Positions 49,038 through 57,937 of a stretch of 64,000 nt of DNA are shown one piece after another. This stretch comes from Candidatus Woesearchaeota archaeon (GTDB lineage Archaea; Nanobdellota; Nanobdellia; SCGC-AAA011-G17; JACPIM01): contig JBDRGP010000013.1 of the NCBI GenBank assembly GCA_043817645.1, positions 21,687-85,686 on the forward strand, written 5' to 3'. The position numbers and the translations under genes were made by a program. The notes under the pieces are model-generated. The model was not told the DNA's origin and ran no database searches. It saw only the letters and a program-made list of their open reading frames with translations. Numbering within the stretch: position 1 is the first letter of the stretch; the number at the start of each line of letters is the position of its first letter.

Positions 49038-49748
49038 CTCCACAAAAAGCTCTCCACAATCCCAGCAGAAGGTTTTAGAGCTTAACCATGAGCGACCGAA
49101 GGGAGCGAATTAGTAGAGGTTCTGCCACGCCGAAGGCTGGCAGGTTCTCCGTCGTAGTTTCCTATATCTATTATGCCTTAACTCATTATCTCTTCTTACA
49201 CGTAAAGTATGTGGGTGGAAATTAAGATATTGTGCCTCAATTAGTAGGATTTAGAATTATTCTCCAATAGATTCGATTTAAGAGGACTTTTTTCTATAAT
49301 ATATTTTTTCAGAATTTTTTCAGAATTTTTATAATATTTTTTTAAAATTTTTCCTGTCGAAACCATAACCAACATAACACCACGAACGCAAGACTCGTTA
49401 ATTCTATTGGTAACGGACTTCTCACCCTCAACCCGCCACTTGCTACGTGCCAAGTTGCCAAAGGTGAGTCGTCGTCGTTCCCCCCTTTGGGGGGACGCAG
49501 GGGGGGACGTATTAGAGCCATCCGCAGATGGCGATATATTAACTTTTGAACATCTACACCATATCCAATATCAGCACCAAACACACCATTATCACCAGAA
49601 AGAGAATTAAAAGAAAAAGAATATAGACGAACAATAAAAAAAGAGAAAGAGAGGTTAATCCTCTTCAATGCCTTTAATCTGTTCTAGCTCTCGAACACAA
49701 TAGATGCAATAGCCACAACAGTTTAAGTTTAGATCGTTCTTGCATCTT

Positions 49749-49958
49749 TTACAAGGCATTGGAATCACCCCCTTGTGTGTTTTCTATTGGTCTAAACTTA
49801 CAAGCTAATGTTTTGTTTTGTATCATCTTAAACACTTCTTGTTTAGATGTATAATACCACGTTCCATTGTGGACGCACTTGAAACCTTTACCTGCTTTTG
49901 TATGAAGCATGGTTATTTGTTTGTCTGTGCCTTTTGCATTTTCTAATGTTTTATTCAT
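49749..49958 (-). CDS. small hypothetical protein downstream of the hairpin cluster
   Basis: 69-aa ORF with GAGG SD-like sequence upstream on the minus strand. Confidence 0.55.
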   Translation of the reverse strand: MNKTLENAKGTDKQITMLHTKAGKGFKCVHNGTWYYTSKQEVFKMIQNKTLACKFRPIENTQGGDSNAL

Positions 49959-49989
49959 TTTTAAACCTCTTAAAGTACCATCTAATCGT

Positions 49990-50560
49990 GGAACTTCAGT
50001 TCGTTCACTCTAACTGAAGTGAGGAAGATGAAACCATTACAGACTGCGCGATACACTCTTGGAGCCGATAATTCTTTAGTCGCAACGACCCTCGCAGGGG
50101 AAAGATTTACGTGTGAGAAGAGTTATTATGCAGGGCTTGTCCTCTTGGTCTGTAATGGAGTATCTAGAAGTTCTCAACCATTCACTTTACTAAACGACTA
50201 CGGGGGGGCGTAGTCGGGGTTGAGGCACCCCTCAACCCTCACGTCGGCGGATGGGTTTTTTTACCCCATCCGCAACATCGGGATACGTGGCCAGAAGCTC
50301 ACCTTGTTCGAGCCGATATTATAAATGAAGCTGTCTGCAAGACAGCCGAGAGAACGTGCCTGAATCGAGGGCACTTCATTTATTTAGCGGTGAAGAATAC
50401 TCAACGACAATATATTCAGAGGCAGAGTACCCCCGCGTAAAAGCAAATGCTTTTAGGGGGCGGGGAGCTGATGGCCTAGAGAAGAAAAAACACTTCTTCT
50501 CCAATGCTAAAATTTAAAGGGCTAAAGAGAGGGATTAGGCACTATGAAGGTGCCTAAAAC
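49990..50560. other. GC-enriched non-coding cluster of hairpins (structured ssDNA/ncRNA candidate)
   Basis: About 10 stems, e.g. ACTTCAGTT/AACTGAAGT, CCATTACAGAC/GTCTGTAATGG, CGACTACG/CGTAGTCG, GGGTTGAGG/CCTCAACCC, GCGGATGGG/CCCATCCGC, ATAAATGAAG/CTTCATTTAT, TTAGGCAC/GTGCCTAA. Confidence 0.7.
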
Positions 50561-50612
50561 AGCTTAAAAAGTGGGTTTAACAAGAATTAGATGGACAATT
50601 GATCTACTAAAA

Positions 50613-50984
50613 TTATTTTGGTGGTCTAGGCGGTCTGGGTATTTTAGGTAAGTGAGATGGCCTGTCATCATCCTCATCATCTTCATCATCATAATCTATT
50701 TCTTCACCACCTTTAGTATAGATTGGTCGGCCTTTTTCATCTTCTTCAGTATCATCAGGTTCATCAGCTTCATCCATCTCCTCAAAATATTTTTCTTTGG
50801 CCTCTTCTTCTTTATTACGCCTCATATACCTTACAGCGTCTTCTTCATCTTCTTTTAGTAAATTTTCTGGGACTTCTATGCCTTCTTTAATACATTCCAT
50901 TATGGACTTGCCCGCTTTTCTTTCAAACCAATATCTATCTAAATCTCTTACTTCAAATTCTTCATGTGATGATGGTCTTGGCAT
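50613..50984 (-). CDS. highly acidic hypothetical protein
   Basis: D/E-rich 123 aa with Pro-rich tail. Confidence 0.6.
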   Translation of the reverse strand: MPRPSSHEEFEVRDLDRYWFERKAGKSIMECIKEGIEVPENLLKEDEEDAVRYMRRNKEEEAKEKYFEEMDEADEPDDTEEDEKGRPIYTKGGEEIDYDDEDDEDDDRPSHLPKIPRPPRPPK

Positions 50985-51151
50985 TTGGATCAGTTAATTC
51001 TCTTTCTTCAACGCTTTCAACACTAAGCGAGGATGGAAGACTCGCTTACCTGCATTTGGTTGTCGTGCAACCAAATGTGGAAGCAAGTATTTAAGCTTGG
51101 TTGTGTTGAAAGCGTCGCTTAAAACTTTTGATTATTGATTAAAAGGCGGGG

Positions 51152-51281
51152 GCTTATGATGGTATTGATGCTAAAGATAGCGGTGTCGGTAATGTTATTC
51201 TTATTCTTTTATTCTCTTATAATCATCATCAATACCATCAATACCGACAATACCATCAATACCGACATTACCATCATAAGC
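51152..51281. repeat. iteron-like 9-bp tandem repeats with inverted copies (putative origin)
   Basis: Five (ATC/GAC)A(A/T)TACC units at 51228-51272; inverted GCTTATGATGGTA (51152) / TACCATCATAAGC (51269-51281); AT-rich spacer. Confidence 0.65.
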
Positions 51282-52641
51282 TACTTGAATCAGGTAGCTT
51301 TATTGGTGTTTTATCCTTATACTCTTCAGAGACAACGTATTTCAGAACTGCATTTCCCCATGAGTCAGTCAAATCAAAGGTTTCTAAAACATCTTTATTC
51401 GCAAGGTCTTTAAGGTGATTGTATAAATTCCTACTTGTAATATATTTTTCTGTAAACTTGCTTATTTCAGTAGCACTCAGAGGGACATCAGATTTTTCTA
51501 ATGTTCCAACAATTCGCTTATCAATCTCCTTTAAAGGAATTGAATGAGCTCCAGAGCAGGAGTTCATAAATGGCTCTCTTGCTATATCATAATCTTCCCA
51601 CTCAGCGTCTATAATTTCCCCCTTATGATGTTCTCTATTCTCTTGGTGGAGTATGGCAATAGCTCTTATGTAATCTAAGAGTTTCTGAAAATATCTTCTA
51701 TACTTCACCTTATCAGAAGGAAATATCTCTCTTAATTTATTTGTGAAGGGGATATTAACTCTACACATCTTCAAGCCCTCAATAAAATCTAACTCTCCTT
51801 GATGATAATCTTCTTCCTCAAAAGAGAAGGTTCTTTTTGTCTGCTCTTCTGATTCATCAATTCCAATAACAGAAAATCTATTTAATATTTCAGATGTAGG
51901 TCTTGCAGTTGCGGATGTTAAAAACAGAACAGGGTTTCCCTTTATTTTTTCAACCTGCCCTCTATTATCGGCTACACTTCCAGACATCTTTTCAGCCGAA
52001 GTCAATATCTTCATTACATCATCATTCATAGTTTTTTCATTAACTTCTTCAATAGAAACAATCTTCCCATCATAAGTCCAATCTGGATCACTTCTTGCTG
52101 TGTGAATATGTTTTAATGCCTTTGCTGACATACTCCCATACATTTCAACATCACTATCAGGATGCAGTTTTAGGACAGAATCGATTAGATGGTCTTTCCC
52201 CGCACTTGAACCAGAAGTTATTAAAGCATTGAAAGAATAAGGTTTCTTGCCCTTAACTAATCTTCCGAGAGAGCATAAGAAAATTATTTCTTTTGCTATT
52301 TTATCACCAATATGTTTTTTTTCCAATACTCTATCTATAAAATGATTCCACAAGCCACCTTTTTCTAAACAGTGTTTAATTTCTTTAGACTCTACTATAA
52401 TTTTCTTATCTTTATCTAAAAAACCCTTTTTGAGCAAATCATAATTTTCATCAATCTCAAAACCTCTAAAATCTTTCAAGGTTGTTTCTATGAGCTTTCT
52501 TAAAGCATCTTCATTCCTGCAACTTCTTACAAAAGTTCTCAAATCATTAGTTCCCTTCTGCCCCAATCTAGTTCTATATTTTTTCAATAGATATAACTCA
52601 ACAAATTCCTTAAATTCCTTAAAGAAAGTATTATCTACCAA
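51274..52641 (-). CDS. P-loop/AAA+ ATPase with C-terminal wHTH, putative replicative helicase/Rep of the element
   Basis: Walker A SGSSAGKD, Walker B IVSIEE, E.LNRF arginine finger, C-terminal LSA.EI......R.LY.HL..L wHTH. Confidence 0.7.
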   Translation of the reverse strand: MVDNTFFKEFKEFVELYLLKKYRTRLGQKGTNDLRTFVRSCRNEDALRKLIETTLKDFRGFEIDENYDLLKKGFLDKDKKIIVESKEIKHCLEKGGLWNHFIDRVLEKKHIGDKIAKEIIFLCSLGRLVKGKKPYSFNALITSGSSAGKDHLIDSVLKLHPDSDVEMYGSMSAKALKHIHTARSDPDWTYDGKIVSIEEVNEKTMNDDVMKILTSAEKMSGSVADNRGQVEKIKGNPVLFLTSATARPTSEILNRFSVIGIDESEEQTKRTFSFEEEDYHQGELDFIEGLKMCRVNIPFTNKLREIFPSDKVKYRRYFQKLLDYIRAIAILHQENREHHKGEIIDAEWEDYDIAREPFMNSCSGAHSIPLKEIDKRIVGTLEKSDVPLSATEISKFTEKYITSRNLYNHLKDLANKDVLETFDLTDSWGNAVLKYVVSEEYKDKTPIKLPDSSSL

Positions 52642-52860
52642 AATTCATCACGCTCTCTTTTTCTATGATCCTGCTCGGCTTCGATTAATTGATCAATATT
52701 AATCACCACTCTTTCTTTGTATAGTATCATGATTTTCACCCATTTTTTAGAAAGAAAGTTTTAAATATTCCAAAAGACTCAGCATTTTTGAATTGACCTG
52801 TTGTCGATAGCTGTTCTGCTTGGAAAGATTTAATCTTTCCTTGCTTTTATTTTTTAAACA

Positions 52861-53052
52861 TCAACTCCTCTTCTTTTTTTTCTCTTGGTTTGGAAATTTC
52901 TCAAGCAATTTATTATTAACATCTTCAACTTGCCTAATTACTTCACTAATATCATCATCATCTAAAGTAATAGTCCAAGAGTATTTTCCCAATGCTGTTT
53001 TATTTAGCTTGATGGATGGTTGATGTAGGATCTTCTGAATTGTTGTTTCCAT
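52861..53052 (-). CDS. small hypothetical protein
   Basis: SIKL.KTA.G.YSW.I pattern; co-oriented with the helicase-like gene. Confidence 0.55.
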   Translation of the reverse strand: METTIQKILHQPSIKLNKTALGKYSWTITLDDDDISEVIRQVEDVNNKLLEKFPNQEKKKKRS

Positions 53053-53353
53053 TTATTTTTCCCTCTCTTCCTTGATAATCTTCTGAGATAGTTTTACTAT
53101 CTCATCCAGCCAGATTTCAGTTTCTTTGCTAAGCGCCATTACCATCTCCACAATATTTTTTTAGAGCTCGCCTCAAAATTGTTATTTTTGGTCTATCTTC
53201 CACATCTGCTTGTTTCGTAAGCAGTGCTTCATATTCCTGCCCTAGATCATATGCGTTTACCATCATGAACCTTTATGTAGAAATTATAGAAATTTGCTAT
53301 TTATATAGTTTTCTATACAAAAGTATATAAAGGTTCAAAACACAACATATAAA

Positions 53354-53872
53354 ATGATGAGAAAAACAGAAGCCCTAAAAATTGTTAAGGAATATCCTGA
53401 CCTAAAGAACAACATAGAAGTTTTAAATTTGGTTCTTCTTGATTTACAAAAATGGCTTTTAAGACATATGGCAATATACAAAAGACCAACCACAACACGT
53501 TCCTTCTTCACTAAGATAATGAATGATTTGTTTGCAAGGCGTATCAGGGGAGATCCTACAGGAGAGAGTGACATACTCGAGTCAGGAATTACACAAAAAA
53601 TCCCAGATAGACTTGTACCAGAATACGCTAAAAGATATAATGCTGCCTTGGAAGACGGAACAAGTCCAACTAATATAGTAGAGGACATAATTAAACCAAT
53701 CTTTAATAAACACAGATTACCTTATCCATCCTACAATAAGATAGAAAATGATTTAAAATGCCTTAAGGATTGGGGAATTTTCAGTAATTATAGAAGTGGG
53801 CCTAAAATATATTGGATAATAAACCCCAAGTTCTTTTTGATGTTTAAGAAAGACTTACATAGGCTTAAATAG
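53354..53872 (+). CDS. putative wHTH regulator, divergent from the replication module
   Basis: PSY.KI..DL..L..WG.......YW.INP. Confidence 0.55.
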   Translation: MMRKTEALKIVKEYPDLKNNIEVLNLVLLDLQKWLLRHMAIYKRPTTTRSFFTKIMNDLFARRIRGDPTGESDILESGITQKIPDRLVPEYAKRYNAALEDGTSPTNIVEDIIKPIFNKHRLPYPSYNKIENDLKCLKDWGIFSNYRSGPKIYWIINPKFFLMFKKDLHRLK

Positions 53873-53902
53873 GGCGGGAACCTTAATTCTTGGATGGGTA
53901 TG

Positions 53903-53917
53903 CTGGTTAGTTGCCCC
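53903..53917 (+). repeat. attR core (duplicated 5S 3' end)
   Basis: CTGGTTAGTTGCCCC identical to 43113-43127. Confidence 0.85.
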
Positions 53918-53993
53918 CTCTTTTCTAATTTAATCAAAAAGGTGAGCTGTAAAGTTAACGAGACCTGAGTTAAAAAAAATAATAGGGTGGCTT

Positions 53994-54155
53994 TCAGTCC
54001 TTTTCAATTATAAGCTTATTATCCTTGATTTCTGCTTCTAACTCCTCTCCAGACTTCCATTTAAGCTTTTCTACAAGCTTTGAAGGAAGGACTACCCAAT
54101 ACTTCTCGTATTTATTTCCCTTATATTCTCTACTTACTTGGCTCTGTAGTCTCAT
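53994..54155 (-). CDS. AbrB/MazE-type DNA-binding protein (53 aa), not in ORF track
   Basis: MRLQSQ.SR.Y....Y.KY.VVLP..LV.KL.WK.G.EL......KLII; ATGA-coupled to the IIG gene. Confidence 0.75.
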   Translation of the reverse strand: MRLQSQVSREYKGNKYEKYWVVLPSKLVEKLKWKSGEELEAEIKDNKLIIEKD

Positions 54156-56947
54156 TTTACGCTTCCCTCTATAATTTGTTTTTCTTTATCTGTAATGCCA
54201 TATAACTTATAGACTTTTCTATCAATTTCATCATCTATTTTTCTAATTTCTTCTTCAAGCTTTGCAGTTTCAAATGTTTTTTTATTTCCATACTCATAAA
54301 TTTTTTTGTTTAGCAAAATAATTCTATCAACGAGTTTTATAAAAATATTCTGTTGTTTTTCTTCAATTAGTTTAATAGGTATAGAACCAATGAAGTTGGA
54401 AGAATATTCAAAACAATTTCCCATTTTTTTGGCATTTTTTTGAGCAAAATGTTCTATATATTTAGAATTTAAAATAGCTAATAAAAATTTGAGGTTAATC
54501 TTCTTATTAGGTTTAAGTGTAATAGCAAATGATGTTGTCAAAGTCACATATCTTGTAGTACTATAAGCAAATTTATTATGAACTGACCTATAATAAGCAT
54601 ATATTTGCTCTTTAACTTCACTTCCAAACAAGTCCTCATTGTATCTAACAATCTCATACCAATTCAATCCTTCTTTTAAAACAGCATATCTCTTTTTAAT
54701 TATCTCCTTTTTGCTTTCCAAGTATTTTTTAACATTAGGGTATTCAACTAAATTAGTTCCTCGTTTAGTCCTTATTAGCAAATTATTTGATAATCTAAAA
54801 GAATATCTATAAATTGAAGAATCCTCAACTACTTTATCTAAAATCTCGTTTTCCAATTGTAGTTTTTTAGCTAAATCCTTTTCTATAACAAATATATTAT
54901 CATTTCCTGTGGCGATCCCCTTCCCAATGTTACATATGTGAGACAATGGTGTTGTTCCTGGTATCCTATCTTCTTCGAATCTCCAAGGTTTACTAGTTAT
55001 ATTGTCTTGTAATTCTTTTTTTATGATAAAACTAGTGGAAATATTATCGTTTTTTTTGGTTGTATCTAACATAAATTCATTTAATGCTTTTTCATCTTTT
55101 AACATTGCATACCAAAATTTATTTTTTTTTGGTTTGTGTTTTCTCAATATTAAAATACAAGTATCAACATTTGCTTCTTGAAATACTTTTATAGAACCAA
55201 AGTCTAGTATTTTTACAAGCTGGTATTTCTGCGTAATAAATTCACGCAGTTTATCAGCGTAGTGTGATTTCATAAAATAATTTGCAACAATAAATCCTAA
55301 ATATCCCCCTTCTTTCAATAATTTATTAGCTTTTTCTAAGAATAAGTACAGTACATCTGCTTTGCCCCTATAGGAATCATATGTCCTGTTAAAAAAATCA
55401 ACTTGAACTTTGTCTTTTAGAGTTTGAAGATTAAAGTAAGGTGGATTTCCAATTACAATATCAAAGCTTCCTTCTTGGAAATCATCATGCCATTTAAAAG
55501 CATTTAATCCAGCTATATTGCCATCATCAATTAAAGAATTTCCATGCTTAATATGTAAGTCTAATTCTTCTGGTAATCTTCTTTCAAATTCAGCAGCTTT
55601 AAGTAATAAGTTTAATTTAGTAATTTCAACAGCTTTATTATCTAAATCAACTCCATAAATATTCTTTTTTAGAATATCTGTTTTGATAGAATGGTGTCCT
55701 TGAAAATCTAATTTATGTTGAGTAGAATCTTTATATTTTGATAGAAACTCATATAAGTAGTCAAATGCTTTTATTAAAAAACTTCCAGAACCACAAGAGG
55801 GGTCTAATATTTTTATTTCTTTCGCTTTAATCTTTTTATCTTTAAGCAATTCTCCAATAGTATTTTTCACAATATAATCTACAATATAAGTTGGTGTGTA
55901 ATAAATTCCTTGCTCTTTTCTGTGTACTTGTCCATCTTTAAGTTTTGAACGACCAGATTTAGTTTGAGCAAGTATTTTACCTAAATATTGCTCATATACC
56001 TGCCCAAGAACATCTGCATCAATCCAATCAAAATTATAAATAAATCTCTTATCTTTTGATTCGTATAAGATATATGTAAGATTTTGCATTATTCTTCCAT
56101 TTACTTCTATTTTATCACAATCATTGTCTTTTGCAGGAGTAAAAAGTCCACTATTATAGACCTTATCATATACTTTAAATATGTCTTTTAAACGAGAATA
56201 TACTTTATTTTGTGGTAAATGTTTTAGTTCTTCCAATGAAATATTATTTGGATTAATGCCAATATCTTCACATCTTCTTATGAAAATAAGTCTATCTAAA
56301 ATTCGTTGGACTATCTCATCTTTGTTTTCAATAGAATACTCTTTTGGATAATTAGCTTCAATATCATCACTTATTAACTTTCTAGCATACATAAAATCTT
56401 TTAATAATTCTTTCCCTATAGAGATTCTTTGTTTTAGTCTTTGTTCTTGAGATGCTCTATTCAACAATTCGTTTTTTTCAAAGCTCTCTTTAGATAAATA
56501 GTATAAATCATCAAATCGACTGATATATTCTTCTGGACTATTAAATAATCTAAAAACTGAGTTTTTTTCATCTTCTACACAGAAAATCTTTAATGTCCTA
56601 AAATTAGTAGATACTGCAAAAGATATTCTTTTTGATAATGAGTAAGATATTACTTGCTTATCAGCTTCTTTGTCTAAGGATATGTTTACTTGTTTGACTT
56701 CTAGGTAGAAAACTATTTTTTCCCCTATCTTAAAAGCATAATCAGCATGTCCTGTTTTTTGACCTCTTTTGGCTTTAGCCTGTTTTTCAAAGTCTTTTTT
56801 AGACCACCCTAACACACCTATAAACAGTTCTTCAATTAGCTTGGTCTCTACATTAGCCTCAAGCATTTTGTAATATTTTTCTTTGTTAGAATTATAATCA
56901 TTAACTAGCTTCTTTAGCTTAATTAATGCTTCTTCTTTTGTTGCCAT
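54152..56947 (-). CDS. Type IIG restriction-modification enzyme (fused REase-N6 MTase-TRD)
   Basis: N-terminal ADY...F.LEVK nuclease, G.YYTP, LDPSCGSG.FL, YGVD, IGNPPY, C-terminal TaqI_C-like TRD. Confidence 0.92.
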   Translation of the reverse strand: MATKEEALIKLKKLVNDYNSNKEKYYKMLEANVETKLIEELFIGVLGWSKKDFEKQAKAKRGQKTGHADYAFKIGEKIVFYLEVKQVNISLDKEADKQVISYSLSKRISFAVSTNFRTLKIFCVEDEKNSVFRLFNSPEEYISRFDDLYYLSKESFEKNELLNRASQEQRLKQRISIGKELLKDFMYARKLISDDIEANYPKEYSIENKDEIVQRILDRLIFIRRCEDIGINPNNISLEELKHLPQNKVYSRLKDIFKVYDKVYNSGLFTPAKDNDCDKIEVNGRIMQNLTYILYESKDKRFIYNFDWIDADVLGQVYEQYLGKILAQTKSGRSKLKDGQVHRKEQGIYYTPTYIVDYIVKNTIGELLKDKKIKAKEIKILDPSCGSGSFLIKAFDYLYEFLSKYKDSTQHKLDFQGHHSIKTDILKKNIYGVDLDNKAVEITKLNLLLKAAEFERRLPEELDLHIKHGNSLIDDGNIAGLNAFKWHDDFQEGSFDIVIGNPPYFNLQTLKDKVQVDFFNRTYDSYRGKADVLYLFLEKANKLLKEGGYLGFIVANYFMKSHYADKLREFITQKYQLVKILDFGSIKVFQEANVDTCILILRKHKPKKNKFWYAMLKDEKALNEFMLDTTKKNDNISTSFIIKKELQDNITSKPWRFEEDRIPGTTPLSHICNIGKGIATGNDNIFVIEKDLAKKLQLENEILDKVVEDSSIYRYSFRLSNNLLIRTKRGTNLVEYPNVKKYLESKKEIIKKRYAVLKEGLNWYEIVRYNEDLFGSEVKEQIYAYYRSVHNKFAYSTTRYVTLTTSFAITLKPNKKINLKFLLAILNSKYIEHFAQKNAKKMGNCFEYSSNFIGSIPIKLIEEKQQNIFIKLVDRIILLNKKIYEYGNKKTFETAKLEEEIRKIDDEIDRKVYKLYGITDKEKQIIEGSVK

Positions 56948-56953
56948 ACACTT

Positions 56954-57056
56954 TTAGATACCTAACTTATTTATAAACTTTTCGATACCTAAAACTATAT
57001 GTTATGATTATCCTTTTTAGATACCTAAATATTTATATAGTTGTTTAGATACCTAA
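56954..57056. promoter_or_regulatory. four TT(A/C)GATACCTAA operator-like boxes flanking two TATA boxes in the divergent promoter
   Basis: Copies at 56954, 56981, 57017 and 57045. Confidence 0.65.
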
Positions 57057-57064
57057 AAGATAGA

Positions 57065-57937
57065 ATGATAAAAATCAAATGTGTTCATTGTGGAAAGAGT
57101 AATTACATAAAAAAGGGCTTTAGAAAGACTGAGAATAGAGACAAGATTCAAGTCTATAAATGTCTTGAATGTAATAGGAAATTTACTAATGATGAGGGCT
57201 TTTATAGGATGCGAAACAGCGAGAAGAAGATAACTTGTGCTATTGATCTCTATTTCTCTAATCTATCAAGCAGGAAGGTTAGAAACCACTTTAGAAGGCA
57301 TTGGGAGCATAATGCTTCTCATGTTACTGTTTTGGACTGGGCTAGGAGATATACTCTAAAAGTCCAGAAATATGTCAATACCTTAAAACCTCAATTATCT
57401 GGTAAGATTTATGCTGATGAAACAGAAATACAGAGAAGCAGAAAAGACAAAAGAAACGATATTTTTTGGTGTTCTGTTGATTGGGATACAAGATATATCA
57501 ATGCTACCCTATATAGCCCTAATCCTCAAAATATGAAAGATGGTGTTGAGTTTATGAGAAAGATAAGGCGTTCTCACTTGCCTAAATATATCCAGACTGA
57601 TGCACTCCCTCTTTATCCAAGAGCATTTAGTAAGGTCTTTGGATGTGGTGTGCATAAGAAAAATGATTGTCAGCATATAGTAAACAACGTGCAAAAGACA
57701 GGAAGGCATAATGTAAGGATTGAAACAGTATTTATGAAGATTAAAGACAGGGTAGATGATTTTAGAGGGCTTAAAGCTTTGTGGTCTGCACCTATTCTAA
57801 TGAATGGTATTGTTCTACAGCATAATTGGATTGAGAATCACACAACAACAAATCAGATACCTTGCGATCTTGCAGGAATGAAGCAAGAAACAGGACAGAA
57901 TAGGTGGTTAGGAATGATTAAACGTTCTATATATTAA
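57065..57937 (+). CDS. DDE transposase with N-terminal Zn ribbon (IS6/COG3316-like)
   Basis: C..C...KKG.R......Q.YKC..C, LS.R.V, SH.T...W, ADET, W..VD..TR, TD....Y, N.RIE. Confidence 0.85.
   Translation: MIKIKCVHCGKSNYIKKGFRKTENRDKIQVYKCLECNRKFTNDEGFYRMRNSEKKITCAIDLYFSNLSSRKVRNHFRRHWEHNASHVTVLDWARRYTLKVQKYVNTLKPQLSGKIYADETEIQRSRKDKRNDIFWCSVDWDTRYINATLYSPNPQNMKDGVEFMRKIRRSHLPKYIQTDALPLYPRAFSKVFGCGVHKKNDCQHIVNNVQKTGRHNVRIETVFMKIKDRVDDFRGLKALWSAPILMNGIVLQHNWIENHTTTNQIPCDLAGMKQETGQNRWLGMIKRSIY

Larger units (their letters stand above)
43113..53917. mobile_element. integrative element (~10.8 kb) inserted at the 3' end of the 5S rRNA gene
   Basis: 15-bp direct repeat CTGGTTAGTTGCCCC at 43113-43127 and 53903-53917; tyrosine integrase next to the first copy. 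Confidence 0.85.

Noticed and set aside
49241-49668. ORFs 49241-49453, 49342-49668 and 49407-49610
   Set aside because: Overlap each other and run through low-complexity tracts and hairpins; no protein-like signal
50019-50213. 64-aa GTG-start ORF in the hairpin cluster
   Set aside because: Lies wholly within structured non-coding DNA; no motif
50600-50612. GATCTACT as the partner TIR of the 25866 orphan end
   Set aside because: Too short, lacks the matching target duplication and lies inside the integrative element
51228-51276. Tandem repeats as a mini-CRISPR
   Set aside because: 9-bp units with no spacers
51135-51413. 92-aa plus-strand ORF with INT/DNT repeats
   Set aside because: Translation of the 9-bp iteron array; overlaps the helicase-like gene antisense
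53903-53917. Second 5S rRNA gene
   Set aside because: Only the terminal 15 nt are present; interpreted as attR
57041-57064. TTG start for the IS6-like transposase
   Set aside because: Overlaps the operator/TATA region; ATG at 57065 just before the Zn ribbon is more plausible
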